64,000 bases of DNA. Origin: Candidatus Bathyarchaeota archaeon (lineage in GTDB: Archaea; Thermoproteota; Bathyarchaeia; Bathyarchaeales; Bathycorpusculaceae). The position numbers and the translations under genes are program-made. Of this stretch, positions 39,273 through 48,772 are shown in pieces. The DNA is taken from NCBI GenBank assembly GCA_963832745.1, contig CAWHVC010000003.1:768001-832000 (forward strand), read 5' to 3'. Under the pieces are notes generated by a model, which was not told the origin of the DNA, did no database searches, and saw nothing but the letters and a program-made list of their open reading frames with translations. Position 1 is the stretch's first letter; every line of letters starts with the position of its first letter.

Positions 39273-39340
39273 ACCTACCTCCTATAGGTTTTTGCCTAGA
39301 ACCACTAATAGGCATCCAAATAGACGCCAAATAGGTTGGC
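39273..39340 (-). repeat. dispersed repeat family 1, copy D (most complete)
   Basis: reverse complement reads gccaacctatttggcgtctatttggatgcctattagtggttctaggcaaaaacctataggaggtaggt. Confidence 0.8.
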
Positions 39341-39384
39341 TGAAAAACTAAAAATGAATAAAACAAGAAAATGAAATTTTGAGT

Positions 39385-39747
39385 TTAGGAAAGCAGCAAG
39401 ATTGCTTTTGCCAAGTCGCCGCCGCATTCCTCAAGTGCTTCTTTTGCTTTCTCGAGGCTTTTGCCGGTTTGGTCTGCTACCAACTGTGCGTCTTCGTCAG
39501 TGAATGTTGGTTTTGCTGGGGCTGCTGAGGTGATTTTTCCGGGTGCTTGCTCGCTGACTTGTCCGCCGATGACTTGGTACATTTTTTGTCCTTGAACCTG
39601 CAGAATTGCAACTTCTGGCTCGTCGATGACTATGTCTTTTGTGGCTGTTCGGATGATTACTTGGTTAACATCTTCAACAGAATCCATGTTCATGCCCATT
39701 TTTTGCATCATGCGTTTCTGTTCACGAGGATTCATACGTTTATGCAT
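39385..39747 (-). CDS. nac: nascent polypeptide-associated complex protein
   Basis: MNPR...MMQKMG, DAQLVADQTG, GGDLAKAIL (UBA). Confidence 0.95.
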   Translation of the reverse strand: MHKRMNPREQKRMMQKMGMNMDSVEDVNQVIIRTATKDIVIDEPEVAILQVQGQKMYQVIGGQVSEQAPGKITSAAPAKPTFTDEDAQLVADQTGKSLEKAKEALEECGGDLAKAILLLS

Positions 39748-39815
39748 ACAGCTACACTCTTCAAGTATAGTGTATTCTGCATTAGAACCAAATATACTTA
39801 ACGACGAACCAACAG

Positions 39816-39864
39816 TTTTGTTTAGTAGTTGTTGCCGCAGAGGCCCTTTAGCACAACAACAACC
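39816..39864 (+). repeat. dispersed repeat family 3 (hairpin) copy
   Basis: ttttgtttagtagttgttgccgcagaggccctttagcacaacaac matches the reverse complement of 52952-53002. Confidence 0.75.
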
Positions 39865-39974
39865 AGCGGGTTGTGGGGTAGGTTTTGTTTTTGTGTCAGG
39901 GACTGTTTTGGTTTGCTGATTGGTTGTGGGGTTTTCTGTAAGCAGAGTTAAACTGGAACATTTAAAATTAGTTA

Positions 39975-41111
39975 TTACTGGCGTGATTGCGTTTTTGCCG
40001 CTTGTATTAGCGGGTAATTGTCTTTGTTGTTTGCATCTATTATGTATGGTGTGTTGTAGGTGCCAGTGGCGCTGTTTTGTGTGGCATCAGGGTATCGGGT
40101 TTGGTAGTCACCCCAATAGTTGCCTACTGTACCGTTATCCCATGAAACTAAGTCTGTACCATTTAGTTCATTTGGTACCTGATGAGTTGCTGTCGTCTCA
40201 ACGACCGCTTGCCTTTGATTATCCAACAAGTTGTTACTAAAAAATAGGTTTCCACTACCAATTGATGGTGTTTCTACGGAATAAAAATAATAATTTTGCA
40301 CGGAAACTCCAACCGAGCAATTGGTTAAAGAATTAGTGTATACTAAAGAATTGTTAGCGCCTTGGTATTGAATTCCATTTTTAAAGCCATTAACATTGTT
40401 TTCAAAAACTTCGCAGTTTTTACCAGGACCTAGGACTATGCCCCCATATAAGTAGTCATAAAGGCCACTATATACTCCGTCATGGGTAACGCCGTTAGAG
40501 ACCGTGTTTTTTTCAACAATCACATCACTTGCATTGCCCTTAATGACAATTCCTCTCTCGCAATTGCCTATATCGTTTTGAGAAATCAAAGTATTGTTGC
40601 CAACGCATGTGATGGCATTGCCGCAATTTGCAGAAATACTGTTATTTGTTATGGCAATATTTGCTCCAGCAATTGATACTCCTTCACCAAACCCGTTAAT
40701 TATGTTATTAGTCAATTGACAGTTGGAACATTTTGACCCTAATGTTACTCCATATGTGCAACCTGTTATTGTGAAGTTAGATATTGATACATCACTTGCG
40801 TTAACGATTACATTAACAAAACTCATATATTTTTCATAATGACCATGGATTACCGTTTTTTCGGGGTTTTGTCCAATCAGCGTTAGAGGTTTATCAATTA
40901 CTATTTCTTCAGTGTAATTGCCATTGCGAACATAAATTGTATCACCTGGCCATGAATTGTTTATGGCTGCTTGTATGGTTGGATAATCGGTTGGGACAAC
41001 GATTGTTCCTAATGGTGAAGGCCAATGGCGAAGATAATTTAGAAACACAGTAACCGATGCCGCAAAAAGGAGAATAACCAATAATATTGCCAATTTACGT
41101 CTATCCAACAT
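39975..41111 (-). CDS. NosD/CASH right-handed beta-helix surface protein
   Basis: VPTDYPTIQAAIN, GDTIYVRNG.Y.E, Asn ladders, WDNGTVGNYWGDY, DNYPL. Confidence 0.88.
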   Translation of the reverse strand: MLDRRKLAILLVILLFAASVTVFLNYLRHWPSPLGTIVVPTDYPTIQAAINNSWPGDTIYVRNGNYTEEIVIDKPLTLIGQNPEKTVIHGHYEKYMSFVNVIVNASDVSISNFTITGCTYGVTLGSKCSNCQLTNNIINGFGEGVSIAGANIAITNNSISANCGNAITCVGNNTLISQNDIGNCERGIVIKGNASDVIVEKNTVSNGVTHDGVYSGLYDYLYGGIVLGPGKNCEVFENNVNGFKNGIQYQGANNSLVYTNSLTNCSVGVSVQNYYFYSVETPSIGSGNLFFSNNLLDNQRQAVVETTATHQVPNELNGTDLVSWDNGTVGNYWGDYQTRYPDATQNSATGTYNTPYIIDANNKDNYPLIQAAKTQSRQ

Positions 41112-41220
41112 GTCAACCGAAAAGTGGTAACCTACGGGTTAGATATTAGGCTGCCGCTTCTTGCAATGTCAAGCACAATTTTTTCTAAAAAGCAGCATCT
41201 AAAATGGGTAAATGGAAAAA

Positions 41221-41697
41221 TTAGTCTTTTTCTTTACTGTTTATGCCATGGCGCACTTTTACGGCGACGCCTGTTTTGAAGGCTCGGATTTCTGGAGCTG
41301 CAAGTGTCGCCCGTCCAACTGCCAAAAGTTGCTTGTTTTCGTCAACAACGATAACTTCGTCTTTTGCTCGGATTTCATCATCCACTGAGACTACATGCAC
41401 CGCGAACACGTCGCCGCCTGCCGCTATGTACTTGGAAACATCGTTTTTTAGTACAACAAAGCCTTTGGCTTCAGGAATAGTTTCTGTAATGGTTTTTGCG
41501 GCTTTGATGCTTAAGGAGAATAAGCCGTCGGTTGGGCGTAGCGTGGCTAAGCGTTCCCCGTCAAGGTTAACAAACCGTATTCTGCCCGTGCGTTTTGAAA
41601 GCTCGAAGGTTACGTTGTCTGGGAACAGTTTTTCGCCTACATTTTTGCCGAACTGGTAATCAGCTATGCTTCTTATTCTGCCAAGTTGGTTCTCCAC
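41221..41697 (-). CDS. PUA-domain protein (TGT C-terminal-like)
   Basis: IADYQFG, SKRTGRIR, GGDVFA.HV, AVGRA, GVAVKVRHG. Confidence 0.88.
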   Translation of the reverse strand: MENQLGRIRSIADYQFGKNVGEKLFPDNVTFELSKRTGRIRFVNLDGERLATLRPTDGLFSLSIKAAKTITETIPEAKGFVVLKNDVSKYIAAGGDVFAVHVVSVDDEIRAKDEVIVVDENKQLLAVGRATLAAPEIRAFKTGVAVKVRHGINSKEKD

Positions 41698-41783
41698 GCC
41701 TGAACTCCACCGTATTATTTCACTTTTGTTTCGATAAGTATAAACTTATCATTCTGAATAAAATGGTTAAAAGGTGAAAGTTT

Positions 41784-42356
41784 ACGGTAAGATGTGAAGT
41801 TTGCGGGCGTAAAATTCACAATGACCCAATTCGGGCAAATATTGAAGGCGCAAAATTAACCGTCTGTGCTGAATGTGCCAAACATGGCAAAATCATTTAT
41901 CCAGAAGAGGAAAATCGTGCACCTAAATCACCCTTCCTAACCATTGCATCAGGTTCCACTTCAGCCTCAGTAGCAAAACCCAAGAGGCAACCTCAAATGA
42001 TGCAGAGAAAACGCAACCTTGTCGCAAAGGTAGAATTCACTCAAGAATTAATCGAAGACTACGCCACCCTAATCCGCGTTACAAGAGAAAAACTTGGTTA
42101 CACCCATGAGGACCTTGGCTTAAAAATCAGCGAAAGAGCATCAGTACTAAAACATATTGAACTAGGCAAAATGGAGCCAAATAACCTTCTTGCCAGCAAG
42201 CTTGAACGCGCACTAAAAATCAAGCTGCTGGTCCCCATAGAAGAAGAAAAACCGACCCCGATTGCTTCAACTAAAAATCAAGAGATGACTTTGGGTGATC
42301 TTATCGAAATTGACAGTAACGACACGGAGGAACCCAAAGAACGAAAGCAATCATAG
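41784..42356 (+). CDS. mbf1: archaeal multiprotein bridging factor MBF1 (Zn ribbon + HTH); start inferred at ACG 41784
   Basis: RCEVCG...IEGAKLTVCAECAKHG is in frame upstream of ORF 41997; HTH and TLGD motif follow. Confidence 0.9.
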   Translation, partial: TVRCEVCGRKIHNDPIRANIEGAKLTVCAECAKHGKIIYPEEENRAPKSPFLTIASGSTSASVAKPKRQPQMMQRKRNLVAKVEFTQELIEDYATLIRVTREKLGYTHEDLGLKISERASVLKHIELGKMEPNNLLASKLERALKIKLLVPIEEEKPTPIASTKNQEMTLGDLIEIDSNDTEEPKERKQS

Positions 42357-43612
42357 CTCAAAGACGCCTAAACCGTGAAGAATCAAGCCTTGAAGAATTA
42401 AAGGCACTTGCAGAGTCAGCAGGATACACAGTTGTTGGCACCCTAGAGCAAACAAGACCGCCTGATTCACGATACCAAATAGGTGCAGGAAAAGTTGAAG
42501 AACTCGCCAACATGGTAAAAGAAACAGGCGCAACCAAAATCATTTTTGACAACACTTTACGTACAATACAAAACTATAATTTAGCTAAAGCCACAAGAGT
42601 CGAAGTCATCGACCGTTTTCAACTTATCCTTGAAATCTTTACACACCGCGCAACAACCACAGAGGCTCAACTGCAAATCCAGTTGGCAACTCTTAAAAAC
42701 GAGCTTAAACATGCCCGAGAAAAAGTGCGCTTATCCAAAGGCACCGAACAACCAGGTTTTATGGGTTTAGGCGCTTACGAAGCAGACGTTTACCGAGACG
42801 CCATCAAACTGCAAGTACAAACCAACTTGAAAAAATTGGCGGCAATCCGAACAAAACGCGTTTTGCAACGTGAAAGAAGAATAGAACTCGGTTTCATTTC
42901 AATTTCACTTGCAGGCTACACAAGCGCAGGTAAAAGCACCTTATTTAATGCTTTAACGGAGGAGACCGCAAGAGTTGAAAAATCCCTATTCACTACTTTA
43001 TCGACCCAAACGCGTATTGTAGAGTTTTCTAACCGCAAATTCCTCTTAACCGACACCGTCGGCTTCATTGACCGCTTGCCAATTTCACTTATTGAAGCTT
43101 TCCATTCAACATTGGAAGAAACCATTTACTCTGACTTAATCGTCATAGTCCTTGACCTTAAAGAGCCGTTGGAGTTAATTGAAAAGAAAATCCGCGTCTG
43201 CCATGACACAATCAACCGTTTAGGAGCAGGCGGCATCCCACAAATTACAGCCTTAAACAAGGTTGACAGGCTAAGCCCTGAAGAGACACAACAAAAACTT
43301 GAAGCCTTAAAAGAAAAAATCCTCAACCCAATACTAATTTCAGCAAAAAAACGTACAAACCTAGATGAGTTAAAACGGCAGATTGTACGTATGCTGGAAA
43401 ATTATGTGCAAGGAAGCTTTGCTGTTCCATTGAAGGGCGAGTCAATGCCGTTTATTTCGTGGGTTCATGAAAAAGCTGAAGTTAAAAAAGAAGAATTCTT
43501 AGGCGACCGTGTACAGGTTGAATTTGAAGCTAACCCACAAGTTGCTGAACAAATAAGAAGAAAAGTGGAAAAACTCAATGGAAAATTCACCCAACCAGTT
43601 AATGGCCAATAA
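42341..43612 (+). CDS. hflX: GTPase HflX; start inferred at ACG 42341
   Basis: KAIIAQ...LEELKALAESAGY...YQIGAGKVEE is in frame upstream of ORF 42512; GYTSAGKST, DTVGF, NKVD. Confidence 0.93.
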   Translation, partial: TKAIIAQRRLNREESSLEELKALAESAGYTVVGTLEQTRPPDSRYQIGAGKVEELANMVKETGATKIIFDNTLRTIQNYNLAKATRVEVIDRFQLILEIFTHRATTTEAQLQIQLATLKNELKHAREKVRLSKGTEQPGFMGLGAYEADVYRDAIKLQVQTNLKKLAAIRTKRVLQRERRIELGFISISLAGYTSAGKSTLFNALTEETARVEKSLFTTLSTQTRIVEFSNRKFLLTDTVGFIDRLPISLIEAFHSTLEETIYSDLIVIVLDLKEPLELIEKKIRVCHDTINRLGAGGIPQITALNKVDRLSPEETQQKLEALKEKILNPILISAKKRTNLDELKRQIVRMLENYVQGSFAVPLKGESMPFISWVHEKAEVKKEEFLGDRVQVEFEANPQVAEQIRRKVEKLNGKFTQPVNGQ

Positions 43613-44165
43613 ACCAAAAATTGTCGTGCTAAGATGGGGACACCGTATCCACCGCGACAGCCGTCTAACCACGCACTGCGCGTTAACAGCCCGTGCCCTG
43701 TGCGCTTCAGGCTTCATACTCGCCGACATTGAAGACAAATCCATCGAAAAAACCGTCAAAGGCATCACACAGCATTGGGGAGGAGACTTCACCTTCGAAA
43801 TGGGAACCAGCTGGCGCAGCGTCGTCAGAGATTGGAAAGCACAAGGCGGCATAGTAGTACATTTAACTGCTTACGGCGAAAACTTGCAAACAAGCAACGC
43901 CATAAATCGCATACGCGAAACGGGAAAAAACATTCTGCTTTTGGTAGGTAGCCAAAAAGTCCCCGGCGAATTCTACAGCACAGAAGTTTCTGACTTTAAC
44001 ATTGGCGTTGGCAATCAACCGCACAGTGAATGCAGCGCTTTGGCAATTTTTTTGGACCGCTTCTTTGAAGGCAAAGAATTAACGGTAGATTTTGAAAAAG
44101 CTAAAATGAAAATTGTTCCTCAAGAGCATGGCAAAAACGTCTCGTCGATGGAAGAAAAATCGTGA
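43602..44165 (+). CDS. trm56: tRNA (cytidine(56)-2'-O)-methyltransferase
   Basis: VLRWGHR..RD.RLTTH, VHLTAYG, VGSQKVP, GNQPHSE. Confidence 0.93.
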   Translation: MANKPKIVVLRWGHRIHRDSRLTTHCALTARALCASGFILADIEDKSIEKTVKGITQHWGGDFTFEMGTSWRSVVRDWKAQGGIVVHLTAYGENLQTSNAINRIRETGKNILLLVGSQKVPGEFYSTEVSDFNIGVGNQPHSECSALAIFLDRFFEGKELTVDFEKAKMKIVPQEHGKNVSSMEEKS

Positions 44166-44225
44166 ATCTTGTGCGAATAGTTTTATGTATGAATGTGCCA
44201 TAATTATAGGTATTAACAAGGAAAA

Positions 44226-44744
44226 TTGAGTATGTTGTCAACTATTGATGATGCAACTTTAATGAAGGTGGCTTCTGCGTTGGGTGAGGAAGAAGCCGTC
44301 AGACTTATTGAGCATTTAAAAGGCGTAGACGAAATAACGGATGATGAAATAGCCAACAAAACCGGTATCCGCCTAAACAGTGTCCGCAAAATCCTCTACA
44401 AACTCTATGACCACTCCTTGGTTAGCTTACGCAGAACACGCGACCCCAAAACAGGCTGGTTCATCTTCCACTGGAAACTTCAGCCAGACCAACTGGAAGG
44501 CTTCATCTTAAGCCAAAAACGCAGAGTACTTGAAAAACTCAACGTACGCCTTGAATACGAGAAAAATCATGACTTTTACTTCTGCAACAGTGTAGGATGT
44601 AAACGGGTACCTTTTGAAGAAGCCGTAGAACTTGTATTCCACTGCAGCACATGCGGTCAACCCTTAGTGCATTTTGGAAACGAGCAAATGATCTGCAAGC
44701 TTTCAGAAAAAGTGGAGATTCTAAGGAAGGAACTCGGTGAATAA
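44226..44744 (+). CDS. tfe: transcription factor E alpha
   Basis: TDDEIA...IRLNSVRKILYKL, TGWFIFHW, Zn ribbon. Confidence 0.93.
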   Translation: MSMLSTIDDATLMKVASALGEEEAVRLIEHLKGVDEITDDEIANKTGIRLNSVRKILYKLYDHSLVSLRRTRDPKTGWFIFHWKLQPDQLEGFILSQKRRVLEKLNVRLEYEKNHDFYFCNSVGCKRVPFEEAVELVFHCSTCGQPLVHFGNEQMICKLSEKVEILRKELGE

Positions 44745-45264
44745 GCCGCTTCCCACAAGGGAGCAAGCCATCGAGATTCTGCAAAGAAACGGATGTCACC
44801 CCAAAGTAATTGCGCACTGTCAGGCAGTAGCTTCGTTGGCTCTTGAATTGGCAGAGAGGTTCAAAGCAAAAAATTTTACTGTAGATTTAAGGCTAGTTGA
44901 AGCTGGTGCACTTTTGCATGATCTTGGACGCTCCAAAACCCACAGCGTTAACCACGCAGTTGAAGGCATGAAACTAGCTCAAGCAGAAGGTTTACCAGAA
45001 GAAGTAATATGCATCATCAAACGGCATGTTGGCGCCGGTATCACAGCGGAAGAAGCAGAATGGCTCGGCTGGCCCAAAGACAATTACATTCCAGAGTCAC
45101 TGGAAGAAAAAATTGTCTGTTACGCAGACAAATGCATCGGCAGCGACGAACGCATCCCAGTGGAAGCAACAATTAAGCAGTTGCATGACCAGAAGCTTTA
45201 TGACGCTGCCGAAAGAGTTAGAAAACTCCATATAGAAATAACCAGTTATCTTGAGGCACAATAA
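44737..45264 (+). CDS. HD-domain protein (TIGR00295-like)
   Basis: HC..V, LLHDLG, HVGAGI, EEKIVCYAD. Confidence 0.88.
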   Translation: MNKPLPTREQAIEILQRNGCHPKVIAHCQAVASLALELAERFKAKNFTVDLRLVEAGALLHDLGRSKTHSVNHAVEGMKLAQAEGLPEEVICIIKRHVGAGITAEEAEWLGWPKDNYIPESLEEKIVCYADKCIGSDERIPVEATIKQLHDQKLYDAAERVRKLHIEITSYLEAQ

Positions 45265-45265
45265 T

Positions 45266-46027
45266 TTGACCATTTTAACCTTATTTACCAAAGTGCATAA
45301 TCAGGGGCAAATAAAACAGATTCAAGTTTCCCTGCAGGCGGCTTTTGAAGATTTAGACGTGCAAGTCCAAGTTTTAGGCGCCCCAGTTAATCGGTGGGTA
45401 AAAGTTGAAGTCACCGGCGAAGACGAAGGCGTAGCCAAAAGCTACATAACCAAACAAATAGGAGTTTGCCCAAACAGCATCAACGACGTCACGGAAGGCT
45501 CAGAGCTTAAAGGTTACATTCAAAAAATGGATACTCCCGAAACGTTAACAGTTGATGTTGGCATTTTGGAACCAAAAATAATCAATGCCACCATTCCGCT
45601 ATCTACCCTGCAGACACAATTGCTTGCTGGCAGAGAAGTACCGTTGAAAAAAATTGCGGAACTTTTCGCGCTTAACGCTGATTTGCCGGTAAGTATCAAA
45701 ATCAAGGAGTTGCATGTTGCAGAGGGCAAGATTGATGCGGAGTTATCGGCGGTTCAGGTTGAGAAGTTTAAGAATTGGCAGGATTCTTTTTTGGACCGGC
45801 TCATAATTTTAGGTACAACAAGTGAGGATGTCACTGTGACGCTTGAGCGTACAAGGTTAAATCGTGACGTTATCGACACTGAGGCGTTAGGGTTGTTTGA
45901 GCATGTGCTTACTTGTAAGTTGGGTACGGATGCTGCTGGGCTTATCTCCAAGATTGGTCGTTATATGCGTAATGCCCGGTTTGTGGTGTTTAATCCTAAG
46001 AGGATTGCGGGTTTTTTGGATGAATAA
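45266..46027 (+). CDS. DUF2110-family protein
   Basis: GEDE.VA, OB-like core, LTCKLGTDAAGLISKIG; typical tfe neighbour. Confidence 0.75.
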   Translation: MTILTLFTKVHNQGQIKQIQVSLQAAFEDLDVQVQVLGAPVNRWVKVEVTGEDEGVAKSYITKQIGVCPNSINDVTEGSELKGYIQKMDTPETLTVDVGILEPKIINATIPLSTLQTQLLAGREVPLKKIAELFALNADLPVSIKIKELHVAEGKIDAELSAVQVEKFKNWQDSFLDRLIILGTTSEDVTVTLERTRLNRDVIDTEALGLFEHVLTCKLGTDAAGLISKIGRYMRNARFVVFNPKRIAGFLDE

Positions 46028-46079
46028 GCATTAACCTTATATTTGGTAATAGATAGTTAAACATTTTATTACCAAAAAT

Positions 46080-46277
46080 TTGGTCATAGAAGAGAGGGGG
46101 AAAATAGTTACGAGCCAAAATCAACCCGAAGAGGGCAGAGGAAAAAAATACCGTATAGACATTGGAGCATACGGCAGCATAGGAATTGAAGCTCCAACCA
46201 AAGAAGAATGCCTAGAACTTTTTAAAGAAGTAACAAGAACACGCCGCGATTCAAGAATCGACGAAGCAATCAGATAA
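46080..46277 (+). CDS. small hypothetical protein (start TTG 46080 or ACG 46110)
   Basis: coding-like 65-aa ORF with T tract after the stop; GAGGGGG lies 9 nt before an in-frame ACG. Confidence 0.55.
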   Translation: MVIEERGKIVTSQNQPEEGRGKKYRIDIGAYGSIGIEAPTKEECLELFKEVTRTRRDSRIDEAIR

Positions 46278-46335
46278 GCAATTTTTACGGCACCTTCCAT
46301 TTTTCAAAAAAAAAGAAAAGAGAAATTTTTTGGTT

Positions 46336-46767
46336 CTAACTTTTGATAGGTACCCTGCGGTACAAAACAACGCCTACAACACTACCTAACCCGGTACCCA
46401 AGACCGCCATAATACCCAAAACAACCCAAATTTCATCATCACCTGATTCTACTTGTGCAGAGACAAGGTTTGTTTCACCTGCACCGGGAACTAAAGTGTC
46501 ACCTGCTTCGATTGTAGAGTTTTGGTTTTGAGCAGTGTAGGGGATTGCGTCTCCGGAAGATACCGCTGAATCGGGGCCGGCTGATTCGGGGAGGGGTTCG
46601 GGTTGGGATACATCGCGTGGGGAATTAGGCGAGTTACCGGTCACTGATTTAGAGGGAGGTACGGAGGCGGTGGCGGTTCCTGTATCGGCGTTAGCGATGG
46701 AGGCAAAAACGGTGCACACCAGCAGGGTTGCCAGCATTGAGAGCACTATTAGGTTTTTTGTTTTCAT
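46336..46767 (-). CDS. secreted low-complexity protein with C-terminal TM
   Basis: signal peptide MKTKNLIVLSML.., S/T/P-rich, TM + RR. Confidence 0.7.
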   Translation of the reverse strand: MKTKNLIVLSMLATLLVCTVFASIANADTGTATASVPPSKSVTGNSPNSPRDVSQPEPLPESAGPDSAVSSGDAIPYTAQNQNSTIEAGDTLVPGAGETNLVSAQVESGDDEIWVVLGIMAVLGTGLGSVVGVVLYRRVPIKS

Positions 46768-46967
46768 AGTTTTTCTCCAAATTTTTGCAATCATAGAGTT
46801 AGAAGGCTGGGTTATTTACAGCCAAGCCTTAGAACCAACCGTCCAAAAAATAGAACCATAAAAGTCAGCAAACGAAACTGCCCAAATCAAGTTGTTTAAA
46901 GACAAATGCCTTGTTACCGAAAAGTTAAAACAATTATTGCTTCAAAGAGACTTTTTGGGAGACAATA

Positions 46968-48656
46968 TTGAAGGACAAGGTTGTAACTTTATTGTTAGTT
47001 ACTCTTTTAGCTTGCTTGCTATATCCAAGTTTTTCAAACAATCTGAAAACAGTGACGGGTGATACTTCAAGTGTCAACACTGATTCCTGGCCTATGTTCC
47101 AAAAAGATTTGGCGCATTCAGGATACTCCACAACTTGGGGTCCCCAAACAAACAATGTTCTATGGACCACTTCGGTGGGTGAAATTGAATCTTCCCCTGC
47201 TATAGTTAACGGCGTTGTCTATGTTGGCTCTTATTCAGGGTTTGTTTATGCGTTAAATGCGTCTTCGGGAGCAATAATTTGGAGTTACGCAGCGAATGAG
47301 AATACAGAGTCATCTCCAACGGTTGTAGATAACGTCGTTTACATAGGAGCAGGAAATTATTCTGCAACTCGAGACAACGGGCACGTTTATGCCTTACAAG
47401 CGACTACAGGAGAAAAGCTGTGGAGTTACCAAACAGGCGGTACAGTTGAGTCTTCTCCTGCAGTAGCGTACGGCAAGGTTTACGTAGGATGCGGTGACGG
47501 GAACGTTTACGCTTTTGATGCTGCTACGGGCAACGTTATTTGGAGCTATAAAACAGATGCAACTATTTTGAAGTCTTCACCCGCTGTAGTCGAAGGAGTA
47601 GTTTACATATGCTCAATTGAATATCTTTATGCTTTAAACGCAACCAACGGCATGAAGCTCTGGAGTCAAACCGGTGACTGGAGAATTCTTTCATCATCCC
47701 CTATGGTTACAAATAACATTGTTTACCTAAGCGCTGACGGCGTTTATGCTTTTGACTCAAAAACCGGTGAATTACTATGGCATCAAATATCTGACAGATA
47801 TCCAAATTCCTCAGAATCCACTCCTGCTTTAGCCGATGGTGTTATTTATGTTGGAACCACAGAGGGTAATGTTTTGGCTTTAAACGCTTCGGATGGCTCG
47901 AAACTTTGGGCTTTTCCCACAGAGAGCACTGTTGCTGCTTCACCTGCAGTTGTCCGGGGAGTAGTTTATGTTATTTCATGCAATGGCACCTTTTACGCGT
48001 TGAACGCCTATAACGGAACTAACCTATGGAGTTATTCAATAAGTGATATACAGTCAGGGGTTTTATCATCTGTTGCAGTAGTCGACGGCATAGCTTACGT
48101 AGGCTCAAATAGCGGACTGTACGCTTTTGGTGATTTATCCTACACTCCACCTGAGCAATCCACTAATTCAACTTGGACCTTACCAGTCACAACACAAAAC
48201 GGTACAACAATAAATCTCACAATGAGCGGAAACATAACAATTGAGCAAATGTCCAACGTTACAATATCTATGGACATACCCTCTTTAACAGCAAACATCT
48301 CTTTCGCGTTAACAGGCGAAAACGGCACCACAGGGTTTAGTAACATAACATTACCGAGAAATGAAATTCCAGGGGGAACAACACCCCTTGTCTACATAGA
48401 CAACTCGCCAGCCGATAATCAAGGATTCACTCAAGACAATAACAACTATTACGTATGGTACACAACCCACTTTAGCACACATCAAATATCCATATTATTT
48501 GCTTCACCAACTTCTCCGACGGGGGATAATCAATCTACAACGCAACCAAGCTGGGTTCAAATTATCTATGGAGTAGCAGTTGGAGTAGCCATTGCAGCAG
48601 TTATCATTATCGCACTTGCACTATTAATGAGGGACAAAACTAAAGTCCAGAAGTAA
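46968..48656 (+). CDS. PQQ-like beta-propeller (BamB-type repeats) surface protein with C-terminal anchor
   Basis: WPMFQ.D..HSG, repeated SSPAV..G.VYVG...G.VYAL.A.TG..LW; C-terminal TM. Confidence 0.9.
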   Translation: MKDKVVTLLLVTLLACLLYPSFSNNLKTVTGDTSSVNTDSWPMFQKDLAHSGYSTTWGPQTNNVLWTTSVGEIESSPAIVNGVVYVGSYSGFVYALNASSGAIIWSYAANENTESSPTVVDNVVYIGAGNYSATRDNGHVYALQATTGEKLWSYQTGGTVESSPAVAYGKVYVGCGDGNVYAFDAATGNVIWSYKTDATILKSSPAVVEGVVYICSIEYLYALNATNGMKLWSQTGDWRILSSSPMVTNNIVYLSADGVYAFDSKTGELLWHQISDRYPNSSESTPALADGVIYVGTTEGNVLALNASDGSKLWAFPTESTVAASPAVVRGVVYVISCNGTFYALNAYNGTNLWSYSISDIQSGVLSSVAVVDGIAYVGSNSGLYAFGDLSYTPPEQSTNSTWTLPVTTQNGTTINLTMSGNITIEQMSNVTISMDIPSLTANISFALTGENGTTGFSNITLPRNEIPGGTTPLVYIDNSPADNQGFTQDNNNYYVWYTTHFSTHQISILFASPTSPTGDNQSTTQPSWVQIIYGVAVGVAIAAVIIIALALLMRDKTKVQK

Positions 48657-48694
48657 GGTTGTATTTTTCCAAGCTTTAATCGCTACTAAGAGTT

Positions 48695-48772
48695 TGGTGG
48701 GCCGAGCCGGATTCGGACCGGCGACCTTTGGCTCGTAAAGCCAACGTCCTAACCAGGCTAGACGATCGGCCC
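48695..48772 (-). tRNA. tRNA-Val (TAC), CCA encoded
   Basis: acceptor GGGCCGA/TCGGCCC, anticodon arm ttggc-tt-TAC-ga-gccaa, T arm gccgg-TCCGAAT-ccggc. Confidence 0.95.

Noticed and set aside
46336-48772. Integrated element at the 3' end of tRNA-Val (also considered for tRNA-Glu)
   Set aside because: No integrase and no duplicated tRNA 3' end seen in the window.
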